63,473 nucleotides of DNA from contig JAEOTM010000171.1 in assembly GCA_016839815.1 (NCBI GenBank), positions 1 to 63,473 of the forward strand. Reading direction: 5' to 3'. The notes beneath the pieces are model-generated. The model was not told the origin of the DNA, made no database searches, and worked only from the letters and a program-made list of their open reading frames with translations. Position numbers and translations under genes: made by a program. The stretch comes from Candidatus Hodarchaeota archaeon (GTDB taxonomy: Archaea; Asgardarchaeota; Heimdallarchaeia; Hodarchaeales; Hodarchaeaceae). Shown one piece after another: positions 49,140 to 58,003 of this stretch; the stretch's first letter is position 1; the number at the start of each line of letters is the position of its first letter.

Positions 49140-49613
49140 TTAAACTGCAATATCGTATGCAGTACTGTATAGGGGATCCTCAGCTACACCGTCAATAGAA
49201 TAATCTACTTTAATTCGGAGTTCGTCGTAGGTTCCTGGATCAAAAGTAAATGTTATATCAATTTCTGATTGACTTAAACCTATACTGAATGGGTAATTTG
49301 TTGTCGTATTATCTTCATTAGCAAACGTAGTCCAAGTTCCTGTTCCAGTTCTTCCTTGCAGAACTATGTTTGTTACTTGTAGACCATCTGATTGTTCATT
49401 TGTTAATGTAAATACCAATTTGTCGTTTAAACCATCAGTATCTATATCAGACAAGGTAGTTTTCCCAAAATACAATTCTCCAGATGATGATATCATTGGT
49501 AATACTACTACAAACAATACAGCACCTGCGGCAACAGCCAACCCAATGAGTAGTATCGCTGCTAGAATTGGGCTCACAGCTCTTCTGCGTCGATATAATT
49601 TCATTATTTTCAT
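49140..49613 (-). CDS. Archaeal type IV pilin-like protein
   Basis: Class III signal peptide RRRRA|VSPILAAILLIGLAVAAGAVLF followed by a beta-rich globular domain. Confidence 0.88.
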   Translation of the reverse strand: MKIMKLYRRRRAVSPILAAILLIGLAVAAGAVLFVVVLPMISSSGELYFGKTTLSDIDTDGLNDKLVFTLTNEQSDGLQVTNIVLQGRTGTGTWTTFANEDNTTTNYPFSIGLSQSEIDITFTFDPGTYDELRIKVDYSIDGVAEDPLYSTAYDIAV

Positions 49614-49855
49614 TTTTAATTAAACTCCGTGAGTTTTTCTTATTTTCATCCCAATAAATTGGAATTAGCATAAAAAGTATATAATGGATATTATTTAAGC
49701 ATTTCATTTCATATGTTTCGAGCTTAATAAACCGAGTTGAATAAAATATCAGAAAAAAAATGAATTCATAAATTCCCACTAGAAGATGCGGAATATTGAT
49801 TCGGATAACTTCTTATCATACTCAACCCAAAATGGTCTAAAGGTGCATTTCAAGA

Positions 49856-51340
49856 ATGGTGAGACGATTTTCTATCAAAAGTCAGTTACTCTTGCTTACC
49901 ATTGTAATCTTCGGAGGGGTATTCACATTTACAAATACGATCACACAAGCTTACACACACTTAGCAACTGATATAAATTCTCCTAAAATAGCTATTTTTT
50001 ATGGATCAGACAATGATAAGAGAATTAGCGAACAAATGGTTTTAGATACCGAATTTGAAGTAGAATTCCATAATATAACATCAATACTACTCGATGATTC
50101 TTTTAAGTTCGATAATAACAGTATAAAGGCAATCTGGTGGATCAATGAACTTCATCTACCAATCGATTTTTCATTTGTGGGAGATTTAGCAACATGGATT
50201 CAAAGTGGGAACGGGTTATTCATTCTCAATAAGTATCTAGATAGAACACCTATTGTAGAATTGCAGAATTTGGGGATCACAAACTACTGGCCTGAAATTT
50301 ATCCACTAGCAGAAGAAAGTAAATTGCATACGATTGATCTAATAAATGAATCATTACCTTCTTTACAACTCGATCAGTTATCATATGAGTTTAATGGTTC
50401 TTCCTCATGGGTAGATTTACATGAAAGAACCGTTGTTTTGGCTGAGATTACTCACCCTGAAAATAATTCGTATCTGTCAAAATTTCAATCAGGCCTCTGG
50501 CTAGTCCAAAATAAGGTAATAGTTGGGAGTTTTTCAGTCAGTACATCCCAAGATAACACTGGTATTGCTTATAAATTAATGAATTTAAACTCACCAAGCG
50601 CAAACGGCTTAATAGATGTATTAGGCAAAGTAGCACTACTAACTACTGAAAGCATATCTGATTCGTCTGGGTTGTTTCAATTTACAGGATTTGAACAGCT
50701 AGCTACTATAGCAATCGCATCTATCGCTGTGGTAATAACATTAATAGGTTTAATTAAACTTGGTGTTTTAGCAAAAATTCGTGATATGCTTATTGGAGCT
50801 ACTGTAGGGATAATTTTCCTTTTTGCACATATTGCTTACTCTCCTCAAAGAAGACGAATTAGTGAAGATGATTTATTAGACAATGAGATGCGAATGCAAA
50901 TTGTAGGGTACTTAGAAGAAAAGGGGGAACGAGGTGCACACCTTCGGGAGATTCAACGAATCCTAGGATGTGGGATCTCTTCTCTTCTTTGGCATTTACA
51001 AGCATTAGATGATTTCAATATTGTAACCCATCATAAGATCGGGAAGTATCATATCTTCTACTTAACAGGTACCGAATCTCTCCAAGTATCAGAAATTGCC
51101 TTAGCCTTGAAGAGCGAAGTTGCAAAAGAACTTTGTAAAGTCCTCTTGCAGAATAGATCCCCTCTTTCTCTCTCAAAAATCTCCTCTGAAATAAAAGTTC
51201 ACCATTCGAGTGTCCAACACCATATCAAACGGCTTTCAGATTTAGGAATTATCATGATATTAAAAGAGAAAAAAAGATCTTCCTATATTATTAATCCCAC
51301 TAGAGTAGAATCATTGGATCAAGTTTTGGAGGTAAGTTGA
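49856..51340 (+). CDS. Membrane-anchored transcription regulator: extracellular domain + TM + tandem wHTH (COG3398-like)
   Basis: N-terminal signal/TM, about 240-aa external alpha/beta domain, two hydrophobic segments, then LLDN..R..I..YL...G.HLREI.R.LG..ISSL.WHL..L and a second HTH (LS.IS.....HHSSVQHHI.RL...G.I). Confidence 0.8.
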   Translation: MVRRFSIKSQLLLLTIVIFGGVFTFTNTITQAYTHLATDINSPKIAIFYGSDNDKRISEQMVLDTEFEVEFHNITSILLDDSFKFDNNSIKAIWWINELHLPIDFSFVGDLATWIQSGNGLFILNKYLDRTPIVELQNLGITNYWPEIYPLAEESKLHTIDLINESLPSLQLDQLSYEFNGSSSWVDLHERTVVLAEITHPENNSYLSKFQSGLWLVQNKVIVGSFSVSTSQDNTGIAYKLMNLNSPSANGLIDVLGKVALLTTESISDSSGLFQFTGFEQLATIAIASIAVVITLIGLIKLGVLAKIRDMLIGATVGIIFLFAHIAYSPQRRRISEDDLLDNEMRMQIVGYLEEKGERGAHLREIQRILGCGISSLLWHLQALDDFNIVTHHKIGKYHIFYLTGTESLQVSEIALALKSEVAKELCKVLLQNRSPLSLSKISSEIKVHHSSVQHHIKRLSDLGIIMILKEKKRSSYIINPTRVESLDQVLEVS

Positions 51341-53017
51341 GTGAAGAATAAGAGCTCTATTCCAAGAATTGTCTCTATTGTATCCTATATTGCTATTTTC
51401 ATTATTTCATCAAGTATGATAATCAGGGGGACAGCTCTAAATGGTCACTTTGCCCAATTGGATCCTTTCTACGAAGAAACACTTTTTGCTCTAAAATTCG
51501 ATTATAATGACAATATTCCACCTGAACAATCCCTGCAATTACATAGTAATCTCATAACAGGTCTTGATTATCCCGTTCAGACTGATCCAGATCCTGAACT
51601 AGATAATAATGTTACGCTTATTAATCATGATTTACATAATATTAGGTCTACATTCTTAGCTTTGGAAAATATCCAAAGATCAGAGTATATTCCTTTGTAT
51701 GGGACTGTAGAATGGCAAGCATCTCTTCCTTACTTTAAATATATAACTATATATAATTTACCTTCAGGAGAAAATGTTATTCAAACTCAGGACTTGATGG
51801 GATTGACTTTAAAGTTGGACAGAGAACCATTTGAAAATGATGAATACCTTGTAGGGTATGCAAATATTCCTCTAGATTTTTTGGAATTTATTTTTGAGTC
51901 AATCAATACAGTCCAAATAAAGCAAAATTCCATTGATGGGCTTTCAAGTTCGATTGATATTCCTAAATTCTCTAGTATTATTCCAATGGATGTTGAGATA
52001 AAAGAAAATAAAAACGAGTTAATGATTACTATCGAATATTCTAATATCACATATTTATTTCAAACAGATCCCATTGATTCAGAGCAAATTGTCACTTTCA
52101 ACCTTTCAGATAAATTTGTTCTTGTAGAATTTGAATCAATGAGATTTTCAACTAGAATATTAAAATACTCAACCTCTACTAATGTAGGAGCGGAAATACA
52201 GGTAGAAATGAAGGTTGGGGGTATTCGCAACTTACTAATTAATGAAGAATTGCCTTCGAGTACTATTTGGTCTGATTCTACTGAAACCTACATCGAAAAG
52301 CACTACAAGGAGCTTTTCTCTTTAGAAGAAACAATCTCATGGTACAAGGGAGATGATATAGAAAAAAGGTTGTTATTATTCAGTGATACTTCTCTTTCGT
52401 TCCTAGTTTCTCATAATCTAGGTGTATTAGAAGGTGTGGAGTCTACAGAGAACTCATATGTTAAAATTGATGGATATAACACATCTAGGGAGGATCTAAT
52501 ACAATCGGACATTATGATTAGTGATAATGTCACAATTACTCAGAATGAGGATGTTTTATTTATAAATCATATTAAAGGCAAAGATTATGCGCTTCATCAA
52601 GATCCTAAATCAACTAGTTGGGAATTAACCCCAGCAAAAATACGTTCTTTGGCAATAAATCAACATCCAAGCTTAAGTGGTAATATTCTATTCTTAGAAG
52701 AATCGTCCATTCTAAACTCATTAATGGTTGATGGTTTAAAGCGATTCATTGCTAATGCCACATTAAGCTCACTTAGTGAGGAACAACTACTTAAAATTGC
52801 GACTTTGTATCTTCCTTCAGCCGAATATATTCAAGAGTTTCAAATAGACTCATGGCTTGGCTATCCTACTAAAATAAAATCGACAACAACGACAATTCTT
52901 GATTCTAATAATTTAGATATCGGAGTCTCTAAAATATCAAATATCCCGTTCCTTTCAAGCATTCTTTCTCTGTCATTAATGGTTTTATATCAGGTAAGAA
53001 TTCGTCGGAAAAAATAA
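51341..53017 (+). CDS. Secreted/surface protein with C-terminal sorting-like TM segment
   Basis: N-terminal signal, acidic beta-rich body, C-terminus NIPF-hydrophobic helix-RIRRKK. It starts immediately after the stop of the upstream regulator. Confidence 0.65.
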   Translation: MKNKSSIPRIVSIVSYIAIFIISSSMIIRGTALNGHFAQLDPFYEETLFALKFDYNDNIPPEQSLQLHSNLITGLDYPVQTDPDPELDNNVTLINHDLHNIRSTFLALENIQRSEYIPLYGTVEWQASLPYFKYITIYNLPSGENVIQTQDLMGLTLKLDREPFENDEYLVGYANIPLDFLEFIFESINTVQIKQNSIDGLSSSIDIPKFSSIIPMDVEIKENKNELMITIEYSNITYLFQTDPIDSEQIVTFNLSDKFVLVEFESMRFSTRILKYSTSTNVGAEIQVEMKVGGIRNLLINEELPSSTIWSDSTETYIEKHYKELFSLEETISWYKGDDIEKRLLLFSDTSLSFLVSHNLGVLEGVESTENSYVKIDGYNTSREDLIQSDIMISDNVTITQNEDVLFINHIKGKDYALHQDPKSTSWELTPAKIRSLAINQHPSLSGNILFLEESSILNSLMVDGLKRFIANATLSSLSEEQLLKIATLYLPSAEYIQEFQIDSWLGYPTKIKSTTTTILDSNNLDIGVSKISNIPFLSSILSLSLMVLYQVRIRRKK

Positions 53018-53376
53018 GCCGTTAAAAAAAATGAATTTTTAAAAAAAAAAAAAAAAATTCAATTATTGGAAGGAATCTTAATTCCCTCACGAATCGTTAC
53101 TTGTATGGGTTAAGATTTAATGTAATAAGGCAATTTATAGTCTCTAGTAATTATGAGTTGACAAATAATAAAGAAAACTCTCCGTAAAAACGAAATCTTG
53201 TGAGACCAAACTGGTTTTAAACCCTCGGATAGTTTCTCTATATGATTTTGCGGATTTTCATAACATATCATGTTATAAGTCACTGGCATTGAGAAATACA
53301 TAGACTTTGGACTCGATTAAATGAACTCAGATAAAAGAGAGAATTTATCGAGAATTCCAAGAAAGGTGTTTTAATA

Positions 53377-55164
53377 ATGAAGAAGAAAATTATTATGGGA
53401 ATATCGGTAATGTTTTTACTGATACTTCTTACTTTTACTACTCCAGCTCAAGCCACAGATTATGCGGGGCATGATTTTAGTGAAGATCATTTTGCTGTTG
53501 AAATAGATCTTTACAACAATCCAGCAAACCCTGACGTAATCTATGATTTTGAAACTGGGGTAGAAGGTTCAGATTCGATCCCTGAGACTGATTTACAATT
53601 CTTTATGACATATATGAACAAATCTGGGATTGAAGTAGCATATTCTGCGTTAGAAAAAATGGAACACTGGATAAAGTTCCGTGATTTACTGCCAAGCGAT
53701 GTTACTGAAGTCATTGATACACTTGGACCCGCTTTTCCAGATGGAGTTGAAGCTCTTGATACCAATCTCGTTCATATAAATGCAACCGCTCCATTCCAAC
53801 AATTAGTTCAACACTTCAATACTCCTTGGGGTACCGATGCTTTCATTACAAATAACTTCATGACGTTAATTGCGTACTCTGGTGGTACTGGTACTAATCT
53901 CACCAAAATGGATGCTCAAGACAATCTCTATATGGGGTATACTTTCGCAGTCCAAGAAGTAGCAGAAGCTCTTAACGATGTCATGGCGCCACATTATGAA
54001 ATTCCCCCATTCGATTATGAAGCTAGCTTTGAACAGACCGCAGATGGATACAAATTTGGTATCAATTACACAAACCTGTTCGTCTTATGGCAAGATATCG
54101 AAGTGGAACTTCGTGGACCAGATTATTTATCCGCAGCAGGTCTCCAATTACCAAAGACTAAAGGAATTATATATGGTGAGGATATTGTAGCTGCATCAGT
54201 GCTAGATCATCTTGCATTTGAGTATATTTTCAAGGTAGAAGAAATTACTATTAGTACAACTCCATCCATCAAGGCTAATTTGGGAACAGTTGAGACGAGA
54301 TATCATATTGGTGAAACTGATCTACTGATTACAAGAGATAATGATGCATTCATTGCTGCTCATGCCGCTGAATGGCTTGGTTCACCCTTTACCGCAACAC
54401 CCAGTTATACTCTTGACGTTCCTGCAACACTACAAGGCAAGACGGTTCCTGGAAGCTCATGGACATTTCCAGCAAGCGTAACACTGACATTGTCAGAAAT
54501 GGCCTTCTTTATCGAGAACGATGCAAAAGTTCGAATGAGTATGGCCGATGCATTCGGATTAACTGTTGTAACAGCTACAAATTGGTTTGATGCTGAAGTT
54601 GTCAGCAATCCACAGTATGCAACTCATCTCGATGAACCAGAAAACCCAAGAATTGACTTTTCAAAGGATGAAAATGTTTTCTTCTGGACAAGCTTCAAAG
54701 ATAAAATGAACTACAAGCTAAGAGAAATGGATTTTGCTCCGTTCAACGAGGACCCCAACATAGATCGTGATGTTTACGTAACATTAGCTATTCCTAGTGG
54801 ATGGTTTGCAACAAATGTAGCAAAACCATATTTCATTGTCGAATTTTCACTCGCTTGGGGTTTTACAGTCTTTATGGCGTCTAAAATAGCTCCAGAAATT
54901 GTACATCCAGGAGCAGGACAACACACTGAAGTAGTTAACCAAATTCTCTATATGACATTCACAGAGTTCCCAGAGTGGTACGGTGGAGAAATCTATCATG
55001 ATCCCTCTTATTCAGCTGTAGCTGCAGTTGCTGCTCAGCCAGATTCAACCACTGATAGCCCACCTGGAAGCGATACCACTGGAGCAAACATTCCAGGATT
55101 TGAATTGATCTCTGTGTTAGTTGCTCTCCCTCTGATGTATGCTGGTTATCGAAAGAGACGATAG
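53377..55164 (+). CDS. Cell-surface glycoprotein with PGF-CTERM-like sorting signal
   Basis: Signal peptide MKKK...PAQA, N-glycosylation sequons, Ser/Thr/Pro/Asp linker, then IPGFE-TM-YRKRR. Confidence 0.78.
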   Translation: MKKKIIMGISVMFLLILLTFTTPAQATDYAGHDFSEDHFAVEIDLYNNPANPDVIYDFETGVEGSDSIPETDLQFFMTYMNKSGIEVAYSALEKMEHWIKFRDLLPSDVTEVIDTLGPAFPDGVEALDTNLVHINATAPFQQLVQHFNTPWGTDAFITNNFMTLIAYSGGTGTNLTKMDAQDNLYMGYTFAVQEVAEALNDVMAPHYEIPPFDYEASFEQTADGYKFGINYTNLFVLWQDIEVELRGPDYLSAAGLQLPKTKGIIYGEDIVAASVLDHLAFEYIFKVEEITISTTPSIKANLGTVETRYHIGETDLLITRDNDAFIAAHAAEWLGSPFTATPSYTLDVPATLQGKTVPGSSWTFPASVTLTLSEMAFFIENDAKVRMSMADAFGLTVVTATNWFDAEVVSNPQYATHLDEPENPRIDFSKDENVFFWTSFKDKMNYKLREMDFAPFNEDPNIDRDVYVTLAIPSGWFATNVAKPYFIVEFSLAWGFTVFMASKIAPEIVHPGAGQHTEVVNQILYMTFTEFPEWYGGEIYHDPSYSAVAAVAAQPDSTTDSPPGSDTTGANIPGFELISVLVALPLMYAGYRKRR

Positions 55165-55169
55165 ATCAA

Positions 55170-55210
55170 GTCTCTTTACCTTTCTTTTTTTTCCAAATGA
55201 TTTAATTTTT
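55170..55210 (+). terminator. Oligo-T terminator after the PGF-CTERM surface protein gene
   Basis: CTTTCTTTTTTTT and further T runs directly after the stop codon. Confidence 0.5.
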
Positions 55211-55397
55211 TGCAGTCTTTTTTTATTAAATATCCGCTCAGTTTTTGTGATTCTTTTAATTTTCTTTGATAGAAGATCGAGACTATCTTACTTTTTCAAA
55301 GGAAGGAGAGTACAAGAGGGAATATAAATGGCAAGGTTTAAACCCAAGTCTAGATTATAAAAACAACTAACCAAAAAGCTTTACTCGAAGTGACAAA

Positions 55398-57968
55398 ATG
55401 ACAAATATTGATCTCCTAACGGACCCGATAAACCTAGTAGTATCTGTACTATTAACATTTTCTCCTTTAATCGTACTATTTCTCCCATATCTATATACAA
55501 GAAGAAAGACGGAGAATTTTTTTGCAACACTTTTCAATCGTGCTTATATCGGCTTTGTTATATTTTATATTGCATATTTCATCTTTCCTAGTATTTTAAA
55601 TTCTTTTGTACCAGATCCCAATCAATTTATTGATCAAGAATATTATCCAGTTGCTGGGTCATCTGGATGGACTACTGTATGGGATTCCGAATCTGTAATC
55701 ACTCAAGGAGCGATTTCTGTACCCATTCCCCTTCTGGTAAAGTATCTCTTTCAACATTTCTTTAATTCAATAGTTATTTTTCTCAGTTACCCAATTGTGA
55801 TACTGGCTTTCGTCTTTGGGATCTCCCCGATAGTATCTATGTTAATCATTTTTTACCAAACTTGGACTGAGAAACGAAATGAGATAAATCCGATAAGAAA
55901 ACTGATAAAAAGGAATAAAAATGAAATTTCACAACTTCAGAAGCAATTGAAGAACGCTAGTGATCCAGAATCATATGAAAAGAATGTAACTCTTTCTGAG
56001 TATAAAACAGAGAACAATGACTTGGAAAAACAGCTTTCTGATACTAGATCAATTACTCAGAGATTACAAGAGATCCAGTTTGAACTTGATACCTCTCCCT
56101 TCCATGCGGTCACAAAACGGGTAAAGGAAAAGAATTGGGATAATGAGCGAGAATTATTAAAAGTTTTGATAGCTATTTTACCTATTTCGTTATTTCTTTT
56201 AATGACAATTTTACAGCTTCTTGGAGAGACAGAAAACCCAAGCTTGCTACAAGGAACATCTATGGGGTGGTTTTTAGAGATCTATTTTGCGTATATCGCT
56301 ACTTTTGTCTTTAGTATTTATCTAATAAAAGCGAGTCTTTTGTCAAGAAAGGGAAAATTCTTAGGAAATCAATTATATATTGCAATGGTTCAGAGTTTAT
56401 CAACTGTCGGAGCTTTTATGTCAGGATTAGCTGTTATATTGTTCTTGGTGCAGTATTTTGACCAAATTTTTGTAGTTTCATACTTTATTGTTTATTTCAT
56501 AATGGTTTCTTTGTTTTTCGTACTTTTCCTTGATGTTTTCGAACCCTTCTCAATATATTTACTTCTTAAGCTCATAGAAAGTTTTAAAGCATTTAAAATC
56601 TCCGTTGGCCGTTTTAACAGAGCGAACATTACTAAAAGTATTACCTCTGGTGTTTTAGTTGGTTTTCTTCTTTCTGTTGGTTTTTTAACCTACTTGGTGA
56701 TTGTTAAGAGTATCTTTACAAATTTTAATACAGTCCAATATGCTACATTTTTCTGGTTAACACAAAATTATGCTAGTTTTCTGTTAAGTGCTACATTAGT
56801 TTTGGTTGTTAGAAGATGGAATTGGAGTGTTATTGGTACAAGTATTCTCACTTATCTATCAATCTTATTTGTGAGTCTATTCTTGTTTGGATGGTACAAT
56901 GAGGGTTGGTATACTTTACTAGGCTTCTCTGTTGAGGATTTGTACCCAAACTATCAAGGTGAAATTTTAGTTGCCCCTTTTATTCAAGCTACATCAGTTC
57001 TGGGCACCATTGACTTAAATTGGCTAACAGCTGTATGGAAAGGCGGAACCTTTGGTGATTACCAATTTTTACTTCCTGAACTTAGACAAATACCCATAGT
57101 TTGGCAGGGTGATGGAGGACAATTTCTACAGGTCTTGTCTATTCCTTATAATCTTTTTCATCCATTAGCGATTGTTTTAGTATATGGTGGAGTCCTCTTC
57201 TTAGCCGGAAAACAATTTCATGTGAGAACACAAAAAGGCGAAGAGAAAACACAATATAAATCAATTTTCTCTGATGTGACGAGACTACTTAGCGCTGATG
57301 AACTAGAAAAGAAAGCTGATATTCTTTTAATCACAGCTACTCCAGCGAAAGACGAAAAAACTGCAAACCTAATAGATAAAGCATGGATGAAATCAGAAAA
57401 GGGTAAAATGCTACAGGACACGCTAACCGGGCAGATGCAACCTATAAATAAAATAATCGAACAAACGGGTGTTTCTGCACATGAGATTCATTCAATTCTT
57501 GATGAAGTAACTTATGATGCTGAAGTACCTTTCAATCAAATCATAACACTTTGGCATCGTGAATTTGCTTATTCCTTTGAAGAAGTCACTATCGATTCAC
57601 TCCACGTTATGATGTTAGATGGACGAGCTGTTCTCTCCCATACATTTGCAGAAGAATCGCAGGTAGAACCGGCATTAGTGGCTGGGTTATTTTCTGCTAT
57701 TACTTCATTTGCAAAAGAAGCTGTTCGAAGTGAGCAATTACTCAAGACTATTGACCATGGGGATGTCGTTCTAACGATCGAATATGCTAAATGGGTTTTT
57801 GCCGCAATTTTTGCAGATAGTACATCCACTGAATTACGTAAAAAACTTGGTAAATTCTTGAATGATTTTGAAACAAGGCACAAGAAGACTCTACCCAAAT
57901 GGTTGGGGGAGTTAGACGCGTTCGCGGGAGAAACAGATTCAATTAAGGAGCTTTTCCCTAGAGGGTAA
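55398..57968 (+). CDS. Polytopic membrane protein with a coiled-coil loop and a C-terminal longin-like domain
   Basis: About 13-15 hydrophobic helices and a coiled coil near aa 155-230. The C-terminal LHVMM.DGR.V.SH.F....EP.LV.GLFSAI.SFA.E...TIDHGD..L.IE pattern is typical of Asgard longin-like domains. Confidence 0.7.
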   Translation: MTNIDLLTDPINLVVSVLLTFSPLIVLFLPYLYTRRKTENFFATLFNRAYIGFVIFYIAYFIFPSILNSFVPDPNQFIDQEYYPVAGSSGWTTVWDSESVITQGAISVPIPLLVKYLFQHFFNSIVIFLSYPIVILAFVFGISPIVSMLIIFYQTWTEKRNEINPIRKLIKRNKNEISQLQKQLKNASDPESYEKNVTLSEYKTENNDLEKQLSDTRSITQRLQEIQFELDTSPFHAVTKRVKEKNWDNERELLKVLIAILPISLFLLMTILQLLGETENPSLLQGTSMGWFLEIYFAYIATFVFSIYLIKASLLSRKGKFLGNQLYIAMVQSLSTVGAFMSGLAVILFLVQYFDQIFVVSYFIVYFIMVSLFFVLFLDVFEPFSIYLLLKLIESFKAFKISVGRFNRANITKSITSGVLVGFLLSVGFLTYLVIVKSIFTNFNTVQYATFFWLTQNYASFLLSATLVLVVRRWNWSVIGTSILTYLSILFVSLFLFGWYNEGWYTLLGFSVEDLYPNYQGEILVAPFIQATSVLGTIDLNWLTAVWKGGTFGDYQFLLPELRQIPIVWQGDGGQFLQVLSIPYNLFHPLAIVLVYGGVLFLAGKQFHVRTQKGEEKTQYKSIFSDVTRLLSADELEKKADILLITATPAKDEKTANLIDKAWMKSEKGKMLQDTLTGQMQPINKIIEQTGVSAHEIHSILDEVTYDAEVPFNQIITLWHREFAYSFEEVTIDSLHVMMLDGRAVLSHTFAEESQVEPALVAGLFSAITSFAKEAVRSEQLLKTIDHGDVVLTIEYAKWVFAAIFADSTSTELRKKLGKFLNDFETRHKKTLPKWLGELDAFAGETDSIKELFPRG

Positions 57969-58003
57969 CCTCTCACCTTCTTTCTTTTTATTTCAAAAAC
58001 ATA

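Noticed and set aside
49366-49971. Small ORFs around the pilin promoter (49366-49623, 49447-49779, 49786-49971)
   Set aside because: They overlap better-supported genes, have low-complexity composition and show no motifs.
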